Shown: positions 28,456-39,046, numbered from the stretch's first letter. The stretch is DNA of 64,000 bases from an uncultured delta proteobacterium (GCA_963695875.1 CAVOID010000011.1:224001-288000), one strand, 5' to 3'. Program-made: numbers and translations. Notes: generated by a model not told the origin, from the letters alone.

Positions 28456-29633
28456 TCACTTCGGCAGCATCATCTCCACCAGGGTCGCCCAGTAGCTGGC
28501 GCCTATGGGCAGGATCCGGTCGTTGAAATCATACAGGGCCTGGTGCAGAAGGCCGTTTATCCCTTGGCTTCCCGGCGCCGATCCCCATGTACGCCCCGGG
28601 TCGTTCCTTCAGCAAGAAGGCAAAATCCTCTGACGTCATGACCGGCGTAATGTCGGTGATGACCCGATTACTTCCCACGACCGCGGTTGCGGCACGGACT
28701 GCCGCGTCTGTCTCCTTATCCGTATTGACCAGCGTGGGATAGCGCCGCTCGTAGGACACGTCGACGGCAACATCAAAGGATTTGGAAAGACCGGCGCATA
28801 TCTCCCGCATGCGAGATTCCACCCGGTCCTGCGCTGAGGAGAGGAAATGGCGCGTTGTTCCCCGTAGCCTGACTGTATCGGGGATTATATTGTAGGAGGT
28901 GCCGCCATGGATCTCCGTGACACTGACTACTGCCGCCTGCGTGGGATTTACGTCGCGGCTCACGATGCTCTGGAGAAGATTGACTAAATAGGCCGATGCC
29001 AGAATGGGATCCTTCACATTCTGGGGAGTAGCGGCATGACCGCCCTTGCCGGTAATCTGAATGTCAAAGACATCGTATGCTGCCATCATGGGGCCCTTGC
29101 AGATGGCGAAAGTCCCTTCCGGCAGGACGGGAAAGTTGTGCAGGGCGAAGACAGATTGAACCGGAAAAAGGTCGAATAGCCCTTCCCGAACCATTCTTCC
29201 CCCTCCTCCCTCGTTTTCCTCGGCAGGCTGGAAGATGAAGTGAACCGTCCCGCGGAACGTATCATTCCCGGCAAGATACTTCGCCGCCCCTAAAAGCATA
29301 ACCATGTGGCCGTCATGGCCGCAGGCATGCATCTTTCCCTTGTTAAGGGAAGCGTAAGGAAGACCGGTGGCCTCTGTAATATCGAGGGCATCCATATCAG
29401 CCCGGAGGCCTATGGCCGGGGACTTGCCTTCTTCCCCTTTGTATGGTTGCCACGATGCCGGTGCCCGCAAGGCCCCGATGGATATCAAGACCGAAGGAGG
29501 TCAGCTTTTCGGCTATGTAGGCTGATGTCCAATATTCGGAAAAGGCTGTTTCCGGTCGGGCGTGAAGCTCATGACGCCACCGGGTCATTTCCTCGATCAT
29601 TGCCCCGATCTTTTCATGAACCGCCATCGTCAA
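28456..29633 (-). pseudogene. M20D amidohydrolase (hippurate hydrolase-like) with two +1 frameshifts (near 29440 and 28560)
   Basis: WRHELHARPE, LRADMDAL, MHACGHDGH, QPAEE and SEDF motifs; the true C-terminus LHQALYDFNDRILPIGASYW is in a third frame. Confidence 0.88.
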
Positions 29634-30041
29634 GTTCCTCCCTGATTAATGAATGTTTGACACGGACCAAAAAATAAAAATGGATATAAAATTTTAAAGT
29701 GGCACACGATAAACAAATACACTAATGATGTCAAAGGGAAAGTGATAATTTTTGTACTATTTTTTACTTAGAATTTCTATACAGTTGCAGCGGTTAAGCC
29801 TGTAATAATGTTGGAAACTGTTTGGATCTGCCGTCAGTTTTCCTTGCTCAAAATATCCAACCTTAAAAATCATTGACATAATCAGCCCGGATAACTTATA
29901 TTATTTTTACTTTTAGAGCCGGTTTTGGCCATATCCGTATGTCCCCAGAGCTTGGGAAAGGTTGCTGGGGATTTCTTTTGTACCTGATAAAAGCTGATTT
30001 CATAAGAGGCATGGGCCATTGCGGGCGAAGGCAGGTGACGT

Positions 30042-30206
30042 ATGGCAAGGCAAAGTCAAAATAAGTTTATCAAGCGGCAAAAGGAGCTTGAGCGCATGCG
30101 AAAGGCGAAGGAGAAAATGTCGAGGCGACAGGGCAAGAAGGATAAGATGGTTGAGTCCGATGAACCCCTGACATCGGATCAGTCCCCGGAGACCTCAAAT
30201 AATTGA
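30042..30206 (+). CDS. Small basic protein (54 aa), not in the ORF track
   Basis: AGGTGA RBS; MARQSQNKFIKRQKELERMRKAKEKMSRRQGKK...; upstream of the RRM gene. Confidence 0.7.
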   Translation: MARQSQNKFIKRQKELERMRKAKEKMSRRQGKKDKMVESDEPLTSDQSPETSNN

Positions 30207-30507
30207 ACACTGAAAATCAATTACTGTTATGAGAAAGAAGGGTCGGAGTTATGACCGGCCCATATATAGAAAAAATACCGGAAAAGCCACTGATGCGATA
30301 TGGTCTCATTTACTCGCTGCTGGTTCAAACTGCTTCAGGGCTCAGGATGGAATCGCGATATCTTTAAAAGATAGCGTCTATCTTCAGTTAATCTCGATTC
30401 AAATCACAAAGGTCCGGCAGTATTTTTTGATCTTCAATATAAGAAATAAATTGTACAAACTAAGAAAAAATCTGGTATAGTACCAAAAATTTAATGAAGG
30501 AGAGGTT

Positions 30508-30807
30508 ATGAACATCTACGTAGGCAATTTGTCTTACACCGTCACGGAAGAAGATTTACGTCAGGCTTTTGAGGCTTTTGGGCAGGTGGCGTCCGCGTCC
30601 ATCATTAAGGACCAGCACAGCGGTCAGTCCAAGGGATTTGGGTTCATCGAGATGCCTGTGGCAGAAGAGGCTCAGGCGGCGATCAGCGGGATGAACGGCA
30701 AGGAGATCAAAGGACGGAAGATGAATGTGAATGAGGCTAGACCCCGCTCCGATGATCGCCGGGGTGGTGGCGGCGGTAGGCGGCCCGGAGGCAGACCGCG
30801 TTATTAG
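30508..30807 (+). CDS. RRM RNA-binding protein with Gly/Arg tail
   Basis: RNP2 IYVGNL and RNP1 KGFGFIEM. Confidence 0.95.
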   Translation: MNIYVGNLSYTVTEEDLRQAFEAFGQVASASIIKDQHSGQSKGFGFIEMPVAEEAQAAISGMNGKEIKGRKMNVNEARPRSDDRRGGGGGRRPGGRPRY

Positions 30808-30880
30808 CAGGCGGTTGTGCTTATAAAGAAGTGCTGTACCCATAAACGCAGTTAATTTTTATAGCTTGATATATGAAGAT

Positions 30881-30926
30881 ACTGAGACGGTTCTGATTCC
30901 TCAGAAGAATATAGAACCGTCTTAGT
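30881..30926. terminator. Stem-loop downstream of the RRM gene
   Basis: ACTGAGACGGTTCT ... AGAACCGTCTTAGT; no clear U-tract. Confidence 0.4.
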
Positions 30927-30950
30927 CATCACCCCAGATTACCTGATGCC

Positions 30951-31409
30951 ATGAATAAGCACCGACATTTATTTATTTTCATTTTACCGGTCATTTTTAT
31001 AACCAGTCTATTTCTGATTTCCTGTATGGAAGGAGGGCAAGTAATTTCCAAGCCCGATGAATTCACACGCGTCTATGAGGCCAGCGAGGATATAATCCTC
31101 AAGGCTTTAGCACAGGTCTTTAAAGAGAAGGGTTTTGGAAATGCATCGATAAATTACGAAAAGAAGCAGGTGGAATCCGATTATCTCATCCAGGATGATT
31201 GGAGAAGCAAAAGCCTCGCACGGGTAAAAAAGATCAACTGGAAAGAATGTGAAGTCGCCCTTTCCGTCAATACGGAAAAAAAGACCTCATCAGGCTGGGA
31301 AATGCGAAGGCTCCTCGAAAAAGAACAGTACGACAAGTTGTTTCTTGCCATTGAGCTTCAGATTTATCAGGAACAATATAAACTCAAAGAAGACAGGAAC
31401 AATCGTTAA
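30951..31409 (+). CDS. Lipoprotein of unknown function
   Basis: Signal peptide ending LISC. Confidence 0.7.
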   Translation: MNKHRHLFIFILPVIFITSLFLISCMEGGQVISKPDEFTRVYEASEDIILKALAQVFKEKGFGNASINYEKKQVESDYLIQDDWRSKSLARVKKINWKECEVALSVNTEKKTSSGWEMRRLLEKEQYDKLFLAIELQIYQEQYKLKEDRNNR

Positions 31410-31425
31410 CTTTTCTGTATCAAAC

Positions 31426-32442
31426 TCATCTATCACCACACCGTGTTTTGAGTGCGGCAATGTCAGCCGGGGCAAGTTCGATTGAATCTGATTGGTTCAG
31501 CCGGTACATAATCGCCTCGCGGTTATTGTTGTGGATCAGTCCCAGTGCGTGGCCGAATTCGTGAGCGAGTACCCGCACGAGTCTCCCGCCATTATCAAAC
31601 TGATAGATTGTTATCGTCTGCCTGCCGTCCTTGCTGGTATAATTCCCCTCGCAGAACTCAGTACCCAGCCTGGCGCCCTCATCCCGGTAATTAACCACCT
31701 CAAAGTTATAGTTGGATGCAATCTCATTTATAACGACCACCATGCTGTTGATTGTATCAGCCATCCTTTTCATTCCTACCTGTCGCTCTTGTAGATTTTG
31801 GTGAATGGAATTTAATTCATCCTTTTCCTCCATCAGCCGCTTGTAGCTGTGTTCGGAAACTCCGCCCCGTTGATGCCCGGATTGGATGCCGGCATTAAAG
31901 GCACTCACCCGTGCATTGTAGGCGTTAAACTCACTCGCAAGTGCCGCATTTTTTTGTTCATACTCTGATTTCAGATTCTCAAAGTGGAACTTTAAGTCGT
32001 CATAGGAACTTTTGGTATTTTCAATTTTGTAGTTCAGATTCTTCAGCCTGTCCGATGCCTCCTGCCGATAGTCATATACGAGATTGACCTCGATAATGCC
32101 TTTGGGATCCTCCCGGAAGAAGTCACGGGAAAAAGATTTTCCCCATATTGATGCGGCTTTTCCAACCGCCTCTGCAAATTCCTGGCGGCTCAGGCCGAAC
32201 CTCTCATCTATCGTGCCTATGTGATATGTCAGCGGCTCCTGGCATGGGCGGGGTGTCCGGAAAAAAATTATGACGAGAATAATCAACGTGATAAGAAGGA
32301 AGAGGATCCTTAATCGAGATGTCCCTGATGTGTCCAACCTGCCTGGGTGTTTGATTGCCGGTTTCATGTACTTAAAAAGAATGTCTTTCTGATTCCCTTC
32401 CTCTGATGGGTAAGGTCGGACCAAAATGTTTCCGCTGATCAC
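31426..32442 (-). CDS. Matrixin-like (metzincin) metalloprotease with coiled-coil insert
   Basis: HEFGHALGLIH zinc motif, AIMY Met-turn and N-terminal TM; start uncertain. Confidence 0.85.
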   Translation of the reverse strand: MISGNILVRPYPSEEGNQKDILFKYMKPAIKHPGRLDTSGTSRLRILFLLITLIILVIIFFRTPRPCQEPLTYHIGTIDERFGLSRQEFAEAVGKAASIWGKSFSRDFFREDPKGIIEVNLVYDYRQEASDRLKNLNYKIENTKSSYDDLKFHFENLKSEYEQKNAALASEFNAYNARVSAFNAGIQSGHQRGGVSEHSYKRLMEEKDELNSIHQNLQERQVGMKRMADTINSMVVVINEIASNYNFEVVNYRDEGARLGTEFCEGNYTSKDGRQTITIYQFDNGGRLVRVLAHEFGHALGLIHNNNREAIMYRLNQSDSIELAPADIAALKTRCGDR

Positions 32443-32571
32443 AAATATTTTACTTATAACAAACCCGATGATAACGTCTCCGTCAAGTTTTCATTCATAA
32501 TTCATCTTCCGGCAAGTCTTAAATAATGTAACTAGATAAACATGAGATTGATACCAGGGCAGGTTTCAAAA

Positions 32572-33363
32572 TCAGGTGCGCCAATATTTTCTGTTATGCA
32601 AGCGCATTTGATCGACAATATATTCCATTTCCAGGGGAGTGACAATATTTTGATTGACGAAGAAGCTGCCGATCCGCGGTTGCAGCATTTGCTGTCTTAC
32701 GAGTAAAAGGGATTGCTGATAGGAACGGATATAGCCGCAGCGAAGGGCGCATTCACAGAATTTCTCACCGGGGCTTCTCAAAGTGAGAATGGAACGGATA
32801 TCATCCTGTGAGAGCCAGTCCCATTGGACGGCAATGCTGCCGATCATTGGCCGCTGCCTTTTTTGCCACACAATAGCTTCTATCAGGCTTCTCATGGAAA
32901 TGATGCGGCTGTAGTAGAGATACCGGCCAAGAAAAAGTTTGGTTTTTGGAAGATTTCCCTGCCAGAAATGTTCTTTCAAGCCGTGGGATCTGCCATGGCG
33001 GTAATCATTTCCTGGATTTCTATGATCCTGCGTTCTTCTGGTCCTTCCGGTTGAGTCGGGTCTGGCGGCTCTCTGGAAGGCATTATTCCACAAAGAATAT
33101 TTCCGGGGGCTTTCAATAAATGCGCTCAACTGCTCATAGGCGAGTGTCACCTCTTTGAAGCGTTCTTCAAGGCTTAAGGCAGGTTCGGAGAGAGCTGCGG
33201 CCCTGTCGGGGTGGGTCTCAAACGCCCGTTTACGATAGGCTGCCCTCAGCCCCGGCACTTTGAGGTATTTCAGAAAATCGGCGGAACCGGTTATATCGGT
33301 TCCGAATAAAACAGAGCAGGCGTTAAACAGGTCTGCTGGTGCGGATACCAAATTATCCTGCAT
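32572..33363 (-). CDS. J-domain protein with C-terminal MshEN-like repeats
   Basis: AYRKRAFETHPD...FKEVTLAYEQL. Confidence 0.85.
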   Translation of the reverse strand: MQDNLVSAPADLFNACSVLFGTDITGSADFLKYLKVPGLRAAYRKRAFETHPDRAAALSEPALSLEERFKEVTLAYEQLSAFIESPRKYSLWNNAFQRAARPDSTGRTRRTQDHRNPGNDYRHGRSHGLKEHFWQGNLPKTKLFLGRYLYYSRIISMRSLIEAIVWQKRQRPMIGSIAVQWDWLSQDDIRSILTLRSPGEKFCECALRCGYIRSYQQSLLLVRQQMLQPRIGSFFVNQNIVTPLEMEYIVDQMRLHNRKYWRT

Positions 33364-33512
33364 TTTTTCTCCTTGATCGCCACCTTTTGACTCTTATTTA
33401 GAAGCAAGAAAAATGCCACTTATGCGTAGCCAGATCCGGTAATTGCAATCATATTGTATAACATTTTTACCATGAATTGAATACAAATCACAAGAAAGAA
33501 AGGTGGTGGTTC

Positions 33513-34433
33513 TTAAGATAAATACGCCTTCCATCCTGTCAGAATTGAACCTGGCTGTAAATCCAGAGCACCCGAAGCCTCTGCCACAGGTGTGAAACCG
33601 CACTCCCGGCAATTGACCTTACCCCTGTTTTTCACGTAACATCCCTGGGTCAGCTTTCCATCCGGATCGACATTGATCAACACATCATCATGACAGCGCC
33701 AGTTGTTCCCGATCATGGCCTTCAGGCATCGCTCAGAATTGATAATAGGGTAGGACTTTTTCAGCCGGATGACGTTTTCCAATGCGCTCTTCCGTTCGTT
33801 CGGTAAAAGAGCAAGGGAGGATTCACCCTGGTCGTACGGGTAGAATAGCTGTACGGATAATCCCTTCACGGCAGGTACATACTTCAGTTTTTCCGCCAGT
33901 TGATCAAGTTCGCGCCAGTTGAGCCGGTTCATAGTGAAATGTACCAGCACCCGGGGATGCTCGGCAGACTTCAGGTTCGACCATATCCGTTCGAAGGAGC
34001 CGCTTCGCAGGCGGTCATGAGTCCCGTTCAGTCCGTCTATGCTTACCCAGACGACATCTGCCGGGACATCCAGGGGAAACGTGCCGTTTGTAGTAACTGC
34101 CACACGAAGAAAGCGCTTCTTTGCGTAAACGACCAGATCATGAAGACCATGGTTTCCATCCCGCCAGAGAAAGGGCTCTCCTCCTTCAAATACTACAATT
34201 CTTGTACCGCGCGATTTCAGGGCGTCTAATGCGTCTACGGCGCCATCCCATGTTATGTGGGAATTGTTTTCTGCGGCTCTTCCATGAAAAGGACAGGCGC
34301 TGCAGGACAGATTACAGCGATAGGTAAGCTTGAAACTGGCAAGCAGAGGTATTTTCTGCCTGAGTATCTTCCTGCGGAAGTAGAAATCAAGCAGATCGAA
34401 TGCCCAGGGGGGACGGCGAGTTCTTTTCAACAT
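33513..34433 (-). CDS. Radical SAM protein with Cys-rich C-terminus
   Basis: CNLSCSAC, GGEP and TTNG motifs; C-terminal GCY...NCRECG. Confidence 0.9.
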   Translation of the reverse strand: MLKRTRRPPWAFDLLDFYFRRKILRQKIPLLASFKLTYRCNLSCSACPFHGRAAENNSHITWDGAVDALDALKSRGTRIVVFEGGEPFLWRDGNHGLHDLVVYAKKRFLRVAVTTNGTFPLDVPADVVWVSIDGLNGTHDRLRSGSFERIWSNLKSAEHPRVLVHFTMNRLNWRELDQLAEKLKYVPAVKGLSVQLFYPYDQGESSLALLPNERKSALENVIRLKKSYPIINSERCLKAMIGNNWRCHDDVLINVDPDGKLTQGCYVKNRGKVNCRECGFTPVAEASGALDLQPGSILTGWKAYLS

Positions 34434-34582
34434 GATGTATTACAGAACACGTCATTGCGAGGCGTCCCGAACGTAGTGAGGAGCAGCCACGGCAATCTTA
34501 TGGATTATCAATGTATAATTAAAAAACTCAGTGGACTCATATGTCACAGCAGATGCTTTTTATCAAGCCCATTTCTCACCTG

Positions 34583-35719
34583 CTATATCAATGCCAGGCT
34601 GTCAGCTACGGCAAGTCCTTTGCGGCTAGGCCTCAGATAACCGTCTACGATTTCTATAAACCCGTCTTCCTCCAATTTTGTCAGGATAGCCTTTTTTTCA
34701 GACAAGTCATAAAAGGTATACTTCTTCGAAAAATCGTCCATGTGGATACCTTTTTTCGTACGAAGGCCCAAAAACAGGGCCTCCAGACACAACTGCTCCG
34801 GACTCAGCGTCTCCGAAAGATCAACAGGCGGCTTGCCCTCTTCGGTATCTTGAATGTATCGTTCGATTGAGGCATGGTTCCACCACCGCCTGTCTTCCCG
34901 GAAGGAATGGGCGGCGGGACCGAGACCGAGGAACGGGGTCTGGTCCCAGTATTTTTGATTATGCCTTGATGCGAGTGCCATGCTTTTTGCGAAGTTGGAT
35001 ACTTCATAGTGGATGTATCCGGATGACTCCAGCATGAGGGACGTATTCAGGAAAAAATCGATCTGCATGTCCTCATCAGGAATGGCGAACTCACCTGCAG
35101 CATGGCGGCTTTTCAGAGCTGTCCCGGGATCTATGCTGAGCTGGTAACAGGACAGATGTTCGACGTCAAATGGTTTGATTGCCTCAACTGTATCCATCCA
35201 GGATTTCATGTCCTGTCCTGGTATTGCATAAACAAGGTCAATACCGATATTCCTGAATCCGGCTTCCCTGGCCGTTTCGATGGCCGATATGCCCTGCGCA
35301 ACTGAATGCCTGCGTCCGAGGAATCTCAGGATATTTTCATCAAGGGACTGGACACCGATATTGAGACGGTTTACCCCTATAAGATTCAGGGACTTTAGGT
35401 AATCGAGATCGACATCCGCCGGATTGACCTCGATGGTGATTTCCGCATCCTCGGCGATTGTGAAGCATTGCCGGACCCGGGTAAACAGCTCCTCCACCTC
35501 CTTCACCGTAAGCACAGAAGGCGTTCCCCCGCCGATATAAATGGTATCAAACCGGTCGAAGGCATCCCGGTACATGTTCATTTCCCTGGACAGTGCTGTG
35601 AGGAAACCGGGCTTCTCCGCGAGAGAGGTGACGGAGAAGAAGCTGCAGTATGGGCATTTACTACGGCAGAACGGAATATGGATATATAGGCCGGGGAGGG
35701 GGTTATTTGTTTTTTTCAT
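34583..35719 (-). CDS. hemW: Radical SAM heme chaperone HemW (HemN-like)
   Basis: LYIHIPFCRSKCPYC, GGGTPS, YEVSNF and HNQKYW motifs. Confidence 0.88.
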   Translation of the reverse strand: MKKTNNPLPGLYIHIPFCRSKCPYCSFFSVTSLAEKPGFLTALSREMNMYRDAFDRFDTIYIGGGTPSVLTVKEVEELFTRVRQCFTIAEDAEITIEVNPADVDLDYLKSLNLIGVNRLNIGVQSLDENILRFLGRRHSVAQGISAIETAREAGFRNIGIDLVYAIPGQDMKSWMDTVEAIKPFDVEHLSCYQLSIDPGTALKSRHAAGEFAIPDEDMQIDFFLNTSLMLESSGYIHYEVSNFAKSMALASRHNQKYWDQTPFLGLGPAAHSFREDRRWWNHASIERYIQDTEEGKPPVDLSETLSPEQLCLEALFLGLRTKKGIHMDDFSKKYTFYDLSEKKAILTKLEEDGFIEIVDGYLRPSRKGLAVADSLALI

Positions 35720-35970
35720 TTTTATTTAAGACAATACTCACTCTTTAAAGAAATTAATTATCATATGCGAATGTCCTGAGCAATACTCTATCTGTGAGTA
35801 CAATCAAATGTACTTCCTGTTATCAATAAGAAACGATTTTCCCAAAATTATCACCCTTTCATCCAGAAATCATTATCTACAGACATCTGTAGACGTGATC
35901 CCTTGGCCTGAACATTACCGTGCAAAATTAATCGTCTATCTGCTTTTTCTTATGGCCTTAAAAATTTCTC

Positions 35971-36020
35971 TTGACATCAAAAACAATCTCTGATTTAATG
36001 TGAGCAACCATTCACATTAA
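35971..36020 (+). promoter_or_regulatory. Sigma70 promoter overlapped by a TetR-type operator
   Basis: TTGACA at 35971-35976, 17 bp, TTTAAT; palindrome TTAATGTGA-N8-TCACATTAA at 35995-36020. Confidence 0.75.
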
Positions 36021-36024
36021 TGAT

Positions 36025-36615
36025 ATGACAGAAAAGAAAAGCACGCATATAAGAAAAGAAGAAATTGTCGAGGCCGCCTTTAAAGTATTAGGCAAAGGAG
36101 GGACAAAGGCACTCACTATTGCCGCTATCGCGAAAACGGCCGGGATGAGCCAAGCAAACATTTATCGGCATTTTGGCGGTAAAGACGACATCTATACTGC
36201 CCTTGTAGACTTTATCGGGATGTCCGTTATGGGAAAGGCAGCAACCATTGCAGCGGGAAGCAGGAGGCCTCTGGAGAAACTCGAGAACATCTTCTTTTCC
36301 CATATAGCACTGATAGAGGAACACCCTGGCATGCCACGTCTGATTTTTTCCGAGAACATCCGCCTTGGTAATAGAAAGCTGGGAGAGAAAATCTCCTTGC
36401 GCTTGCGAGGCTATGTGGAGACACTTGCAGGCATCATTGCCGCGGGCATTAATGAGGGAGATTTCCGTCAAGGCCTGTCCCCACGAGAGACGGCACTGAC
36501 TTTTCTCGGGTTGATACAATCTACGGCGCTGCGTTGGACTATCGGCAGCGAGTCATTCGAAATCCGGGCAGAAGCAAGAAAACTATGGAGCAATTTTATG
36601 CAGCTCGTTTGCTAA
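36025..36615 (+). CDS. TetR/AcrR-family regulator
   Basis: RKEEIVEAA...LTIAAIAKTAGMSQANIYRHFGGKDD. Confidence 0.93.
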   Translation: MTEKKSTHIRKEEIVEAAFKVLGKGGTKALTIAAIAKTAGMSQANIYRHFGGKDDIYTALVDFIGMSVMGKAATIAAGSRRPLEKLENIFFSHIALIEEHPGMPRLIFSENIRLGNRKLGEKISLRLRGYVETLAGIIAAGINEGDFRQGLSPRETALTFLGLIQSTALRWTIGSESFEIRAEARKLWSNFMQLVC

Positions 36616-36631
36616 ATTTTTTTTGCTATAT

Positions 36632-36651
36632 ATGTGAATATTCATTCACAT
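36632..36651. promoter_or_regulatory. Second TetR-type operator, upstream of the VKOR gene
   Basis: ATGTGAAT-ATTC-ATTCACAT, same half-sites and spacing as the box at 35995. Confidence 0.75.
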
Positions 36652-36770
36652 TATTATATTCAGATTCAATATGAGCGAATATCGATAACCATACACCATT
36701 TTACACAACACAGAATCAGATGTGTTCGTATAACGCATAATAATTGGTTTACCAGTAAGGAGGTAGCTAA

Positions 36771-37295
36771 ATGAAAAAGGGGAAAACAATCTTTGCACCG
36801 TATCTCATGCTCGTGTTCGCGGTCATCGGAATGGCCATCGCATCTTATGATGTAATTGGGATATATAACAATTGGTTGCTGTGGTGTCCGCCCCCCATCG
36901 ATGGATGCAACACCGTGGCCTACAGTCCGGACGGGCGTATTTTCGGCGTGCCGATAGGGGTTTATGGCCTGATCTTTTATTTTATCATGATCGTATTGGC
37001 CGTACTCCTCGCGTTCTTCAGGTCCTCATACCGCTTGCGCTTGATAGGCCTTCTCTACGCTGTGACAGGTGTGCTCTTTTCAATATACTTCTTTTACCTT
37101 GATCTCGCTCTCATCCGCGCATTCTGCATTTACTGTCTGATATCAGCCATCTTGACGGTTCTTCTTCTCATATACGCAATTGCACACTTTAGAGTATGGA
37201 ACGACGGTCTAAGCCGACCGCAAATGAGGGGTAAGAGTTGCACGTCTAACTCTGCGAATGGAATAGGAATGGCATTTAGTAAAAGACAAGCATGA
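36771..37295 (+). CDS. Vitamin K epoxide reductase (VKOR) family protein
   Basis: Loop Cys pair WCPPPIDGCNTV, FGVP and active-site FCIYC. Confidence 0.9.
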   Translation: MKKGKTIFAPYLMLVFAVIGMAIASYDVIGIYNNWLLWCPPPIDGCNTVAYSPDGRIFGVPIGVYGLIFYFIMIVLAVLLAFFRSSYRLRLIGLLYAVTGVLFSIYFFYLDLALIRAFCIYCLISAILTVLLLIYAIAHFRVWNDGLSRPQMRGKSCTSNSANGIGMAFSKRQA

Positions 37296-37308
37296 AAAAA
37301 AGCTTAAG

Positions 37309-37339
37309 AGGGGCGCGACAAAAAAATCGTCACGCCCCT
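37309..37339. terminator. Hairpin after VKOR
   Basis: AGGGGCGCGAC ... GTCACGCCCCT. Confidence 0.45.
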
Positions 37340-37571
37340 TAGCTCCAGCGTTAACAGATTTCCACCCGTAATCTTCAATTTTATTCATGCCGTGAGGTTG
37401 TGGAGTTGTAGGTGAAACAGATTTTTTTCGTTACACACAGAATCCCACCCTTAGTTTCAAAATAACATCACAGACTAATCTAAATATTGTATTCATTTTT
37501 TCTTGACAAATGAGAAAAAGTTATTGAACATTTAAGCGTTATCATTACTTTCCGACAAAAAGGAGTTTAAG

Positions 37572-38072
37572 ATGCTTCGTACCAGATTTATTGTCGTCTG
37601 TCTCGCGCTTCTGGGCATCATTTTCCTGTACATACCCGCGAATGCGCAGGAGACTTTGAGCGTCCAGGTTAAGGAGGGCGAGCTTCGCGCTACGCCATCT
37701 TTTCTGGGTCAAATTGTCACCCGTGTTGCTTATGGCGACCGGGTAAGTGTAATTGAAGACCGCGGTACATGGAAAAAAATTTCTGTCAGGGGCGGCAAAC
37801 AGGGATGGATACACACATCGGCCCTGACGACAAAGAAGATTGCCTTAAAAGCCGGTCAGACCAATGTACAGACCGGCGCCACCCAGAATGAGCTGGCCCT
37901 TGCCGGCAAGGGGTTTAACGAACAGGTGGAATCGTCGTTCCGGAAACAAAACAAGAACCTCGATTACACCTGGATCAACAGGATGGAAACATTCAAAGTG
38001 TCTCCCGACCTGATGCGTAATTTTCTCGTTCAGGGCGACGTGACTCCGCCTTCGGAAGGAGGCAAGCCATGA
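37572..38072 (+). CDS. Secreted bacterial SH3-domain protein
   Basis: Signal peptide; ELRATPS...YGDRVSVIE...W.KI...GWIH. Confidence 0.8.
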   Translation: MLRTRFIVVCLALLGIIFLYIPANAQETLSVQVKEGELRATPSFLGQIVTRVAYGDRVSVIEDRGTWKKISVRGGKQGWIHTSALTTKKIALKAGQTNVQTGATQNELALAGKGFNEQVESSFRKQNKNLDYTWINRMETFKVSPDLMRNFLVQGDVTPPSEGGKP

Positions 38073-38983
38073 AAAAACACCTTTGGATAACAGGACTGAT
38101 CATGTCGGCCATCCTGACTATCACGGCCTGTGCGGCTGTCGAAACGGCAACTACAATCGCCACAGCGGTGGGTCAGCAAGCAGGCGTCATAAACCAAACG
38201 CAGGGGGAAGCCATCCGCAAAAGTACAGTGGCCGTTTCCAAGAGCCTGGAAGACTTTACGCCGGAGCAGGAATACTATATTGGCCGGGCTGTTGCGGCAG
38301 TCGTCCTGTCCAAATATCCGGCCTATGCGAATACTCAGGTCAACCAATACATCAACACACTCGGACAGACACTCGCAGCAGCCTCGGACAAGCCGGAGAT
38401 ATTCGGCGGTTATCATTTCCTCGTTCTGGACTCCGATGATATCAATGCCTTTGCCACACCCGGCGGACATATTTTTGTCACGAGGGGACTTATCCGCTGC
38501 TGCCCGTCGGAAGATGCGCTGGCAGCCATTCTGGCTCATGAGATCGGCCATGTCCGGTTGCGGCATGGCATGCAGTCCATCGAAAAAGCGCGGATAACCG
38601 AGGCACTTACGGTTCTTGCCGCGGAAGGAGCTAAAAGCTTTGGCTCCCGGGAAGTCGCTCAATTGACGCAGACCTTTTCCGGTGCGATATCCGACATAGC
38701 CAATTCCATGATCAACAACGGCTATTCCCGTACTTTTGAGTATCAGGCCGATCAGGCCTCAGTCGTCCTCGTCCAGCGAGTCGGCTACAACCCCGAGGGT
38801 CTGATCGACGTACTTAAGGTTATGGAAAAGAAACTGAAACCGGGCGGGCATGATTTTGCCAAAACCCATCCAGCGCCTCAGAATCGGATCGCAGAGATTA
38901 AGGATCACAACCGGGCTTTCACATCTGTCGCCGCTCCGCAGGTCCGGCAGGAGCGTTTCCTTAAAGCCGTCGCCCGTATATGA
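38069..38983 (+). CDS. M48-family metallopeptidase lipoprotein
   Basis: Lipobox ITAC; INAFATPGG, HEIGH, EYQAD and THP motifs; ATGA overlap with the SH3 gene. Confidence 0.9.
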   Translation: MKKHLWITGLIMSAILTITACAAVETATTIATAVGQQAGVINQTQGEAIRKSTVAVSKSLEDFTPEQEYYIGRAVAAVVLSKYPAYANTQVNQYINTLGQTLAAASDKPEIFGGYHFLVLDSDDINAFATPGGHIFVTRGLIRCCPSEDALAAILAHEIGHVRLRHGMQSIEKARITEALTVLAAEGAKSFGSREVAQLTQTFSGAISDIANSMINNGYSRTFEYQADQASVVLVQRVGYNPEGLIDVLKVMEKKLKPGGHDFAKTHPAPQNRIAEIKDHNRAFTSVAAPQVRQERFLKAVARI

Positions 38984-39046
38984 ACACAGAGGCTTGCTGA
39001 AAGTGTGTTTTTTAACACTGTCTGAAGACTTTATAAAAAGGTCACC

